The notes under the pieces were generated by a model, which saw nothing but the letters and a program-made list of their open reading frames with translations, made no database searches and was not told the origin of the DNA. The translations under genes were made by a program, and so were the position numbers. DNA of 64,000 nucleotides from Paramoeba atlantica (Eukaryota > Protista > Discosea). Of the stretch, positions 24,013 to 36,355 are shown one piece after another. Within the stretch, counting starts at the first letter, position 1, and the number at the start of each line of letters is the position of its first letter. Location: assembly GCA_977017575.1 (NCBI GenBank), contig CDRNVI010000141.1, forward strand, positions 1 to 64,000. Direction: 5' to 3'.

Positions 24013-26700
24013 AGTTTCCTTTCTCTTCAATAATAGATTGGATCATAAAACTATCTTCCTCCTTGTGGGCAAGGATGGCATAGTGTTTGGTTCTTGCCTC
24101 CACTCTAATACTTCTCTTGAGGTTGGTTTGACTTTCAATAGCTCTCAGGAAGTTGGGGAAGGTAGGAATCTCATTGAGGAAGGCAAAAGCTTCTACTGGG
24201 GAGAGGGGGCATACTCTGGCTCCTTTAATGAGAGACAAGTTGAGTTTGGTAGCAAGGTGAGTGGAAAGGGAGGCATTCTTAATATCAATCATCTCCCAAA
24301 GCTTAGCAATCATTTGGTTCATATCTGAGACTGCTTTTTTCAAAAATAGTAGTATTGAATTAGCATTTCCTCCAGCAACTCTGTTGAAAAACAAGTTAAA
24401 GCTTTTGGAAGACATAATTGGATAGAGTAAGTTGAGGACTATCAGCAGATATGCTCAGCTCCCTGTGGGGTGGTCTTCTACCACAGCAAACTTGAAAAAG
24501 AGAAGATATCAGCAAAAAAGAACCCTCAGATGATTTCTAAGGGTTTTTTTTTTAGAAGAAGGAGGATATCCTCATAATTCAATCTATTATTAAAAAGAAA
24601 GGAAACCTGATCACCAACCAACTCAAGAGTTCTTGTATTTGGAGAGTTAATCATGATGTCCATTTGTGAGGGATCAAGATCAAACTCTCTTTTCAAGTTT
24701 CAGAGAATGAGTGGATTTACAATTTATTCAATAGAGAACCACCTTCCCTCTCTCAATCTCAAAGAAGTGGTACAAGTCTCTGAGGACTGCATCATCATCT
24801 TCTACAAATCCATTCCCCTCTCTCTAGTTTGCCTTATTGCCAAGACCAAAGAATTCATCCAAATCAATATTTTGATTAAAGCCAAGTGTTCCATTTGAAC
24901 ACCAATCAAACCATACCACCTCCTTATTGAGTGCCCCTTCTGTGGGGTGAACCATCTTGCAAGCCTTACTTGCACTGTAGAGATTATTCAGAAACAAGGA
25001 GAAGATGCCATCAGCAAGCTTTTTGAAGAAGAACAACAAAACTTTAGTCTTGAAAAAGACCAAATCATGATCACAAATGCAAAGAAGTATGAAGAAATGA
25101 AATTTATTGATGAAAAAGAAACATCAACTAAAGAACAGTGCCTTAAGGAAAAAGATAAAATTGCTGAAATGGAGAGTGAAAAGAAAGAAATGAGCAAAGG
25201 CTCTAAAACACAAGGTAAGAATGAATAAAAAAAGAGGGAAGTGAATGAACAGAAAAGAAGGGAAGAGGATGGTGATGGAGATATAATTATAATCAAAAGA
25301 AGAAAGACTGATAGTAAGGAAGAAAACAAGGAAGAAGAGAAGAGTGATGGGTCAGTCACAATGAAAATCCCTTTGAAAGGAGGAGAGATTGAGGAAATAA
25401 GTTTTGGTATGAGTGAGAAAGCTTGAGCATGGCTGGGGGATCTTCCAACCCAATTCAGGTGGAAGCAGGGAATGAAAAAACTAAAAAAAATAGTTACAAA
25501 CCTTGAAAATAGCAAATATGAATTACTGAACAAAAAGCTTCAATAAGTTTTAATTGAAACAGTTCAATTTATTACTTCAAACATAGCTAAATTCAAGAAA
25601 AGACCAAGACAATTATCAGCAGAAGAAACAGAAGAAATAATCAATAAAGATAGAGAAAAAGTGAGGCAAAGCAAAAAGAAATTGAAAGGCAATACAAATA
25701 AAATGTTAGAAGCTAAAAAATTGAATATAATTTCCAAAACCATTCTTGCAGGGAAGGAAAAAAATAACAGGATGAGAAATTCTAGAGGTGTTTTTTTCTC
25801 TTCTCCCTCCACTGATGTCCCCTCCCCTTCTCCTTCCACTGATGTCACTTCCCCTTCTTCCTCCACTGGTGTCCCTTCTCCTACTTCCTTCACTGGTGTC
25901 CAGAGTGTTCCTCTCTCCAAAGATGTCCTTGATGGAGTTCCTGGATCACAAGCTAAAAAAATAACCCAAAAAAAGAACATTGTTACTGGCCTACAAAATC
26001 AGAAAAACATTACCTTTTTTAGTAATTTAGATGAACATAAATTTTCAACTTTTTCATTTGGTTTTCATTCTAGCAATGGCCAAAAAATTGCTGATTCTCC
26101 CTTTCCCTCTTGTTCTTAGGATGCCAGTCTTGATAGAAGCTTAAAATCATCCCCAAATAACCCTCAGGAAAGCTTTTCTATTGTTTAAAAGGAAAAGAGG
26201 AAAAGTTTAAAGAAAAAAAGGAAAAAAAAAAAAGAAAAAACCAGAAAAAAAAGGAAAAAAGTTGAAAGAAAGTTCTAAGTTAGAAGTTAATTAAAAAAAA
26301 AAAAAAGAAATACCAGAAGATAGAGTGAAAGATGGTGAACAAAAAGAAAAAAAAAGAAAAAAAGAATAATCAAAATATCAAAAAGTATGGATTCCTTTAA
26401 TCTCCCCCCCTGAGATTTGATGCTCAACTTCAACCCTCTCCTTTAATGGTTGTCAATAAGTCCCAACTAATTTCTCAACTTCCTATTCCCCCCACCTCCC
26501 TCAACTTCCCTTTCCCCCAAGAGAGACTTTGTGATTTTCAAATCCTCTCTCTGAAATCTAACCCTCTTAATTTACTCCAAATTCAATGTTTTTCTTGTTT
26601 CCCTAACTTGAAAGTTCTCTCCTGGAATATAAACAAGCTTCAAAATAAAGAAAAACTCAAGATCTGTAAAAGAATAGCAGCTAGTTCCTGCCTTCTATTC
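24011..26700 (+). mobile_element. LINE A copy 3 with inverted 5' segment (24011-24553 minus, 24554-26700 plus), interrupted in the APE start
   Basis: The minus piece ends at SIIEEKGN and the plus piece starts at KEDILIIQSII; ORF1 continues to LSWNINK..ICKRIAASS at 26620-26700. Confidence 0.8.
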
Positions 26701-27167
26701 TTTTTTTTTTTCCACTAAACATCAGAAAATGCTATTAATTTATTAAGGTAAAAAACCATCATATAGATAGAAAAGATAGTTTAGGTTTTACCAATTGGTA
26801 ACATAGACATGGTTAATAATATTTAAATTAATTAATTCTTAGAATAGTTAGTTAATCTTCATCATCACTTGGAGGAAGTTTACCTTCTTTAAAGATTACA
26901 TATCTTCTTTTTTTTTTTTTTCTTTTCTTTCTGTTCTTTTCATTATTCAACATACTTTCACATAACTTGTCACTTAGGATTGAAGTAGAATATATATTAT
27001 AGAGGTTTTTAGAAAGGGCTACAGGTGTTATCAAGGTTCCATCAAAAGAGAGAGGTTTGGAGAAGTATACCACTTGAATTGTAATCACTAAACCTTGAAA
27101 TTTCCTCAAGAGTGTGGAAAAAGGGATAGAATAACTTTAATCATACTTAAGGGAGTTGTTCAATTTA

Positions 27168-27490
27168 TTTTTTCTTTTTAACACTGGACTTTATTAGGTA
27201 ATGGTCTAACTCAAAGCTATTAATTTTTTAAGGTTAAAGATAATGAGGATAGAGTTTCACTTCTTTAGGTTTAAATGGTCCAAAGACCTTTAATTCACTT
27301 AAACTCCTTCTCAGGAACTTTATTTTCTGCTTTTTAGTAGATAGAGTAAAGAATAACCTGTTCTGTTTTTCACATTCAAGTGAGCAAGAAGAGAAAATAA
27401 TATTTTTAATATTTTCTTCTTTGAAATTTGAACCTACAACCCCAAATTGAAGCAATAGCTGTTTTACCAACTAAGCCATCATGCCACAAT
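27168..27490 (-). mobile_element. SINE C (tRNA-derived, ~323 bp)
   Basis: Minus-strand head GGCATGATGGCTTAGTTGGT (A box) ... GGTTCAAATT (B box). About 16-bp degenerate TSD GGG(A)GTTGTTCA(A/G)TTTA. Confidence 0.88.
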
Positions 27491-28281
27491 TGGGGTTGTT
27501 CAGTTTAGTCTATAAAAAAGAGTTATCAACAATCCATTTTTCTTCAGTTTTTCCAACTTGTCTAATACAAAGATTTCATTTGAGATCATTAACAGCAGCT
27601 ATTTCATCCATAACTGACCAACTAACAGCAGTAGCAATAGCATCAGCATGTTTGTTGAGTTTATAAAAAATATGAATAAATTTAATATCTTCAAATCTAA
27701 CAGCAGTTGCTCTAATCTCAATCAACAAGAGGTTAAGTTCATGATTACTAATATTGTAATTCTTAGGAGCTGCCTTAATTAATATCATATAATCACCAAC
27801 AATTTAGATGTAAGAACCCAAACCTCTTGCACTCTTTAATCTCAAGAAATAGCTTTTGAATTCATTAACATTATTTGTACTGAAGAAAATAGTTTCAACA
27901 TCAATCAGAATTTCCTTTCCATCTCTGAAAATAGCATAGTTAGCACCACCAAGGTGAGGATCAGTACAACTTGAACCATCATAGAAAACTTGTAAGTCTT
28001 TAAACTTGAACTTTTCAATCTCTCTCTTTTTCTTTGCAGAGGTTGGGTTTTTACAAAGAGGTTTGGGAAGGAATTTATTCTTTTTTAAGATTTTGTAAAA
28101 GATATCAATAGCATACTCAGCAAATTGAGATCCTTCAGCACACACAGTTATTCACAGTGTAAGTAAGACAGCACTCACTATTGAGGTGAAGAGGTTTGAG
28201 CAGTATTGAACAGTAAGTTCACACACAAAGAAAGAGGATTCTCAAGATGGAAGTTTCAACTTTATGCAGCTTTGTCCCATC

Positions 28282-28604
28282 TTTTTTCTTTTTAACACTG
28301 GACTTTATTAGGTAATAGCCTAACCCAAAGCCACTAATTTTTTAAGGTTAAAAATAACAAAGATAGAGTTTCACTTCTTTAGGTTTAAATGGTCCAAAGA
28401 CCTTTAATTCACTTAAACTCCTTTTCAAGGAATTTATTCTCTGCTTTTTAGCAAATAGGGCAGAGAATAATCTATTCCATTTTTCACATTCAAGTGAGCA
28501 AAAAGAGAAAATAATGTTTTTAATATTTTCCTCTTTGGGATTTGAACCTGTAACCCTGAATTGAAGCAATAGTTATTTTACCAACTAAGCCATTATGCCA
28601 CAAT
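28282..28604 (-). mobile_element. SINE C (tRNA-derived, 323 bp)
   Basis: A box TGGCTTAGTTGG, B box GGTTCAAATCC. Degenerate ~15-bp TSD derived from AGCTACATCCCATCT. Confidence 0.88.
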
Positions 28605-30207
28605 TAGCTTCATTCCATCTTCTCAAGGTAGCTTTTAGCACAAATACAAGTTTCAAGGAGGTGGGTTCAAGATTCTTTTTCTTTCTTACATAATCAACAG
28701 GTAGGAGGTTTCAAAGTAAAATGGGAGATCTTATCCATTATAGAGAGACCATGAATCAAGAATTTGGTAAGATTTCATTGGAGCTGAGGTTTAAAAGTAT
28801 AAGCTAAGTTGTAGACAATACATTTGATCTTTCCATCCTCTTGGTAGATATCTTTAAGCACAATAGGTACTTGATGAGAAAGGGAATTATAGTTTGTTTT
28901 GGTTAGGCCTCTCAAAGTCACTTCTTTAGAGATTTTTGAAGCAGCAGAGTAAGCATCAAGTCTCATAGCTCCAATGGCCAAGAGATTCTTGTATTCATAA
29001 CTTAAAGGTTTATGAGAGATAAGAAGAGCCCAATTGAAGAGAATGAAATGGTGAACCTGACATTTACTACCCATAAGAGAATGGCAAGCAGTTAAAATGG
29101 TGGTTTTTAGATTGGCATATGCTCCCAAGGCAGCTTGAATGAGTTTCCATACTATCACAGATACAGATTGAGGGATAAGTTTAAAGCAGGCCAAGTAACT
29201 CATACAGGGAATTAAGTAGGTGTTAATTATCCTTACTTTTACTGCAAAGGGCCCTCCTTGATTCTTAATGGCCTTACTTACTCCTTGCATCTTTTCACAT
29301 ACTTTAAATCAATCCTTCTTTAATTCCATCTTACAGTTTATTCACACACCTAAATAAGTTATCTCATTGCTTTTAAAGTTGGTTTTGGGCATTGCAGACC
29401 AAGGGCTAGAAGGTTTATACATTTGAGTTATCAAAACAAAGCATTTTGAGTAATTCAAGAGAACACCAGTTGCCTTTTCATACTTCTGAAAAGTGGGGGT
29501 CAAGAGGTTAATGGTGTTAACTTTTTTCAGGAGTAGTCCAAGGTCATCCATGAAACCAGAGAGCTTCTCAAGAGGGTGGTTCTTGTTGAGGCTCACCAGC
29601 AATAAATCAAAGATAATTAGGAAGAGAAGAGGGGAGATTGGGCAGCTTTGTTGAACTTCAGTTCTACTGGTAATAGAGTTAGCTGGAGAGGAGCTAGGTT
29701 TCCCTTCAATTGAGGGTAACCAAGTTTTAGAGGGGTGGAATACTTTCTCAATCACAAAGATAGCTTGGAAAGGAGCCTTCAATCTCTTCAAGATGTGAAT
29801 TAGAGCATCACAGTTTACATAATCATAAGCCTTGTAGAAGTCAGTTTGGAAGAATAATATTTTATTCATTGGCCAAAGCTTCATAGAAGACATCATAAAT
29901 TGTTTTCACAGTTGCATCAATTGATTTCCCCTTAAACATTGCATGTTAAGTATCAGAGATTACTCCACTTGCAATTTCAGAAAACCAAAAAGCTTAATAT
30001 TGTATTACAATTCAATAATCAGAGTTTGTTACACTTATAAGTCTGAACTGGTTAGAGCAAAAAATGTTCTCAACCTTGGGAATCAAACACAATTAGCTTT
30101 CTCCAAAGGAATTAGGGAATTTTATACTCTCTCCTGCTTGTTGAATCAATTTAATCCACATCTTTTGATATTTCTTATAAGTTTTCTAATAGAGGGAAAA
30201 GAGATTT

Positions 30208-30790
30208 CCAGACAAATTACAAATAAAATTGTACTTTTTACACAATTTTACAATTTATTTGACTTATTTACAAAAAAAAAAACATATTTCCCTTTGTTTT
30301 TGATCATTTCCCAACCACTTTTTTCAATGTCTATTTGTATTATTTTCATTTTTAGAAAATTGTTATTCAGTTTTTGATGTTTAAAAGTTCATTTCCAAAC
30401 AAGTTACAAATAAAATTGAATATTTTACTCAATTTTACAATTTATTTGACTTATTTATAAAAAAAACTAAAAAACTAAAAAACTGAAAAACTGAAAAACT
30501 GAAAAACTGAAAAATTGGAAAATTGGAAAATTGGAAAATTGGAAAATTGGAAAATTAGAAAATTAGAAAATTGGAAAATTGGAAAATTGGAAAATTGGAA
30601 AATTGGAAAATTGAAAAATTGAAAAATTAAAAGAATTGAACTTGAGACTTCAAAAATGAAAAATTGAAGAAAAGAACAACTAAACTATCATACTCATCTT
30701 TAAAAAAACAAAAAAATAAGAAAGTTAATGAGATTAATTTAAATTTTTTTTTATTTTTTCTCTTTTAACATCATTTCTTTTGTATTAATC
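30208..30790. repeat. Composite repeat: ~190-bp unit, (TTGGAAAA)-like octamer array and conserved tail
   Basis: Same order and orientation as 61770-62830. Confidence 0.85.
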
Positions 30791-30920
30791 TTTTATATTT
30801 CTTCTTCAAAATAAAATCTAAAACTAATATCTTTTTCACTACTTTTTAAATTAAAAACTTTTCAAAATATTATTTTATCATATAAAAGAGTTTTTTATTC
30901 AAACTTTAAATCTTAATTAA

Positions 30921-33900
30921 GTTTAAAAAAATATTCAAATATGAAATATTATAAATATATATAACATCTTTATTTAAATTCTTGTTGAATTCAATTCAAT
31001 TGATTAAAGTTCATTATCATTAATATTCTTATTACTACATTTTCTTTTCTTCACTTTTCCACTTCTTGATTTTCCCAGTTTTCAATTGTACTTCTTTAAA
31101 CTATTGAAACCTTAGAAGTAAAATAAAATCTACCTTGGTAATGCTTCAATTTGAATAACCAATAGAAGAAGCATTTGATCTTGAGAAATTGCTTAGAGGA
31201 AACTCCAAGCAGAACAATTGGTGAAGGCAATTCATTTCCTGGTTATGCAAAATGAAGAGTTGGTGTGAATAAAGAAGGAGTTTTTAAAGATGAAAGAACC
31301 AAATTACAAATCTTAGAAACAACATTGGAAATTGGTAATTAAAGATGTGAATTTCCAAAACCCAGTCCAAGCTTCTCAATTTTGCATCTAAAAAAAGAGT
31401 ATTAAACAAGATATTTGACCAAACATACTTGAGTTCAGAAAACAAATCAAGTTTGCAAGGGCAATTGAAAGTCATTAGGCCAAAAGTTGGATGGATTACC
31501 TTTGAATTTGTTGTGTACCCTTAATAGATTCTTTGGTGAGAAAGTTGTCCTTATGGAACAGCAGAAGTTTGATCTTTTTTGAGTACCTGATAAAAAAGTT
31601 ACTAATCAAGAATTTCAGGTGGTAACTACAGAATATTTGCACCTGTTCTTGAAGATAAGAGAAACTCCCTTTCAGGAAATCTATGTGAAGGAAGCAATGT
31701 GAGAATTCAAAAATCCAATCTTCCAAGATCTAAATAAAGTGTCTGTTAGGGGGGGAACAGATGAGTATTAAAGAACCAAAGAAAAATTGAAGAGGAGTGA
31801 ACCAATAACCTGTTTTCTTTCATCCCTGGATGAGCACTGTGGATAGATATGGTGATGCTGCAGCAAAGAAATATAAACATATGAGTCTTGTTAATTGGAA
31901 CAAAAGAGTTCCAAGAAAGAGAGGATGTGGGGATTTCAGTTGGAAAATACTTTACTTGTGAACTCCTTGGATGTGGGATATTAACTCTTGAAGAACTTAA
32001 AGAAAAAGCAAATGATTTGTCAATTCTTTTAAGAGTAAAAAGGAATTTACTCAAAATACTTGGCAACAAGACAAGATGGTGGTCAAGATGAGTGAAAATG
32101 GCTTCACAATCCATATTGGCAACCTAGTAAGAGACTTGAATCCTAAAATATACCAAATAAATAATAAACTGTTCAACATACCTTGCATGGTCAATGATAT
32201 TTACTACACAAGCACTTTGTGATTCTAGGGCTTGCAGGATAGATGTTGTGGCAAGAACATTCCTGAATAAAGCAATTCCCAAACTTTAGAGACCATTACA
32301 AAGGAAATTACATTTCCTTAGCTGACAAATCATCAATAATGCCAACTGAAGAAGTTCACTCCTTCCCAATCCCAGAGAGATTGGAGAATTAAAAATAACT
32401 ACACAAACAAGATTGGATCCTAGATCAATTTTAGCAGTTGAGGTCAGACAGAAAAAAAAAGCTCTACAACTGAGATTTGATCATGTGAGACAATATATCT
32501 ACACTACTTGAATTGAGATTATGAATGTTGGAAATACCTCATTCTCACTTGAAAAAGGGTCTACATGTTGTAAAACACATTAATGTTACAGAAAAGAATG
32601 CAGAACAAACCATTGCAAAACCTCTTGATAAAAGACCAGTAAAACTTCACCAAAAGAAGTCAGATGAAAGAATGTATAAAGATAAATTGGTCACTCCAGA
32701 ACTACAGCCTCAAGAGGACTGCCATGGAATGGCAAAACACATGTGCAATCAAGGAGGTTGGGGATTCTCAGAAGAAATAGCATCAATGTTCTTTAGCAAA
32801 TATCCTGTTGAGAGATGGTCAGAAAAATCTGGAAGAAGATGAAAAGATGATTCCAGAGGAATATGAGGAGTTCACAAAGAAAACTGACCTCACTCTTAGT
32901 GATCTCAATCTTGATCAAATGATTCAACTCTGTAAACTCTTTGAAAAATACAAAGAAATGTGGGACATACTTAGCAATGCTCCAATCATGCATACAGATG
33001 CAACAGAGTTCAAAATTGAACTTAAAGATGAAACTCAAAAGCCTTTTAGATGAGCTTATTATACAAAGGAGACAGTCAAAAGGACAATTGAAGAGAATCA
33101 AATCCAAGAAATGGCCAAGAGAAGAGTCATCCAATCATCAAATTCACCATGTTAGTGGCAAAAAAGCAAATGAAAAAGTCTGATTCTGTATGGATTACAG
33201 AGAATTAAATGAAAGGACTAAGAAATGGAGTTATCTAATACCAAAAAAATTAATGATGTGTTGTCATACCTGGGTGAATCTTCATTCTTTTCAACATTGG
33301 ATATGACTGCAGCATTTTAGTCAATCCCAATCCAAGAGGAAGACAAGGGAAAAATGGCTTTTGTTCACAATTCAGGCTGTGGGAATGGAATTCAATGCCA
33401 TTTGGATTAACAAATGCTCTGGCAACACAGCAACATTTTATAGATACAATACTTGCTGGCTTGCAATGATATATATCTGTATTAATTATGTTGATGACAT
33501 AGTTATCTTCTCAAAAACCTTTGAGAAACATATTCAATCACTAGTAGAGAAAGTGCTGGATAGATTAAAGGAAAATAAGTTGCAAATTAACCTGAGTAAA
33601 GTGGTGAAAGATCTTTCACATTACTTGGATATACAGCAACAAAGGATGGAATTTTGGCTAATGACAAGAAAGTCAAGGCCATAAAACATTTTCCACAACC
33701 AACCAATCAAAAGGAATTACAATCACTCTTAGGATTGGTTAGTTGGTGTAGGAGATTCATCCACAATTGTTCTCAAAAAACATATCACCTTCGAGAATTA
33801 TTGCTACAACCATTATTTGAATAGGTTAAGAAGGCAGATAATGAATTTCAGGAAATGAAGGAAACAATTGCAAGAATACCAATGCCAAATTTCAGAAAAA

Positions 33901-36355
33901 CATTCTATATTCATGTGGACACATCAAAAAATGGTTATGATTCAATACTGACACAACACCCTGATGATCCTCTTGATAAACCAGCACCAAAAAGGTCAGA
34001 AATACCAAAAAAGCACAAAATAGTCGCTTTCACAAGTCTGGCTTTGCCAAAACACAATAAAAATATACAAATTCTGAACAAGAATGTTATGAGGCTTACT
34101 GGGCAATTAACAAGTTTAAGGAATTCATTATGGGAAGAGATGTGGTGATTTTTAGTGAGCACCAGAGTCAACAGTCAAACTGTGCAACTCCACAGTAAGC
34201 AAACAAGAAGCAAACTTATCTGTGGGTGGCTGCTGGAAATAGCAGCAGTTGCAAGTCAAATTCTACACCAACCTGGGAAAACACTGGTTATTCCTGATAC
34301 ACTCAGTTGAGCACATCATGTATCCTATCAAGAGGAAGATGCTCAAACTCCAATTAAGAAGTCCTGGAGAGACTGGGAGTTAAAAATGTGGAAAACAAAA
34401 CAACATTTTAACAAACAAAAAATGGCAATATTGAAGCTCTGTTCTCTCTCAAAAACCTGTCATAGGGTAGATGAGTCCACCAGAGATGGAAAGGAGTTAT
34501 TGGCTAAAATGGGTCAGTGCACAGAAAGCATGGGTCAGCTTGGTGGCCAATCTGCTCAAGGAAGGAGCAGGGGACTCTCTCAAGGATGACTATCTGGGAT
34601 AGCTGTTGGGTCAGCTTCATGTAAGACACTGGGCAGTGTGATGGGTTAGCTTCAGACAATTCCCAGCAAGACTGAGTGTAATGACATTTCTGACTCTGGA
34701 AGTGAGGATGAATTTAGGTCAAGTACACAACCAGGTGAACCTACCAGAGTTCATACAGTGCCTGAAATACAACCTCTTATAAATAAGGAGCCAGAAGGAG
34801 CAAAACTGTCAGATACTGGTGCTGGCCACACTGGATCTGAGAATCAGAATGATTCAGAAAAACAATGGATCATAAAGGACCAAGAACAATACTGGAGCAA
34901 TATGAAGGATCAATTTTGTCAAAGAATGAGAAATTTGATCTTAATTAGAGAATACCTGAGTTTTGTAAAGACATTCAGAAATTATTGGAAACAAGGTGAC
35001 ATTATTGTCTCAATAATACATATACCCATATTTTATCAATTGTGGATGCCTTCACAGGGTACTTTTCATTATTTCCACTGAAAGCTGTCATCACAAAAGA
35101 GATGGCACAATGCCTCTTGAAATATGTTACAATCCATTCAATGCCACCGGAAATAGTGACTGATGGAGGGGCCCAGAAAGAACTCTTTGTGGAATTGACA
35201 CAAATCTGAGGAACACACCATGCAAAGGTCTCCCTCTATAACCACAAAGGAAATGGCAAAGTGGAAACAATTCATTCACCTGTTAAAAACATGATGAGGG
35301 CTTTATGTCCAGAAATATCAAAGGGACTGTGGGATTTGCTCCTTCCAATTGGTGGAATTTGCTTACAATACCCAAGTTCATTCTGTAACAAAACAAAAAC
35401 CTTTCATGTTACAATTTAGTCGAATACCAACATATCCAATCAATGTTACACTGGGAACATCAAACCCAAAATTGGTTACTTCAGATGAATATGTGGCTAA
35501 TGTGAGGAATAAGATGTTAGAAATCTTTCAACTGGTAAATGAAAAATGAAGAGATTCCAAGGAACAAAGAGTTGATGACTATAATGCTCATCAAAGAACT
35601 CAAATTCTATCGGTTGGAGACTGAGTCCTTCTTCTAAATCATGAAAAAAGGAAGAAATTTAACCAAAAATTCAATCCAAGGACACAAGGTGATGTCCATA
35701 TGATAACTGAGGTTGTTTCAGCTCAAATATATCGATTAAGGAATCTCAAAACAAGATGGATTCTTCCACAACCTGTTCATGGAAGTGAATTAATATGAAA
35801 GGGTTGAGATTGAAAAGGAACAAAACCTGATAAAGGAGAAAGAACTCCCACCAGGAGATGGATGAAGAAGTCTGAAATATAGAATTATCTCAGAAAGAGA
35901 ATTTGATGGTTATCAACAATATTGTATGGAAATCCAACCACCTACTGGAAGAAAATGACATAAGTGGTGGGAGAAAGAACACCTGGGAGGTACAAAAGAG
36001 TTGAAAGATTACCTCAAGGCAAAGAAGCCTCAAAAAGGTTATTGGTGGGCAGACTGATCAATAATGGGTGGATTTTCCCTGTAAGAACTTTGAATTTTGT
36101 TCAGAACTGACAAAGCTGCGCTCAAAACTCTGCTTGCAAGGGGGGGGTGTAAATAATTAAATATCCAAATATGAAATATTATAAATATATATAACACCTT
36201 TATTTGAATCCTTGTTAAATTCAGTTCAACTGATTGCAGTTCATTGTTGTCAACATCCTGTCACTGTGTTTTCTCCTCTCTACTCTCTCACTTGTTGATT
36301 TCCCAGTTTCTCAACTGTGCTTCTTTGAAACCTCAGAAATAAAACAAAATCTACA
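30921..36355 (+). mobile_element. Ty3/Gypsy LTR retrotransposon, decayed
   Basis: 3' LTR 36148-36355 (TGTA...TACA) after PPT AAGGGGGGGG. Degraded 5' LTR ending ~31134, followed by TGGTA (PBS position). 5' LTR start is approximate. Confidence 0.9.
32180..36050 (+). pseudogene. pol: Gypsy pol: protease - RT - RNase H - integrase, with possible chromodomain-like tail
   Basis: ALCDS(R)A protease-like motif near 32210; DYRELN, FSTLDMT and YVDDIVIFS (33361-33684); FYIHVDTSKNG (33855-34148); integrase GNGKVE and VEFAYNT..HS.TKQKPF (35250-35549). Confidence 0.88.

Larger units (their letters stand above)
26701..30208 (-). mobile_element. LINE A copy 2, 5'-truncated (RT, RNase H, 3' UTR), carrying two SINE C insertions
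   Basis: T tail at 26701; colinear with 8920-10593 and 17654-19270; RNase H FYDGSS at 27804-28145. Confidence 0.9.

Noticed and set aside
27420-28604. Functional tRNA genes
   Set aside because: Only A/B boxes survive; the acceptor and anticodon stems do not pair, and the heads continue into SINE bodies with tails and TSDs.
637-30208. Telomere-specialised retrotransposons (HeT-A/TART, TRAS/SART, Athena-like)
   Set aside because: LINEs occur in both orientations, are not flanked by telomeric repeats and insert into each other; no telomere-targeting junction was seen.
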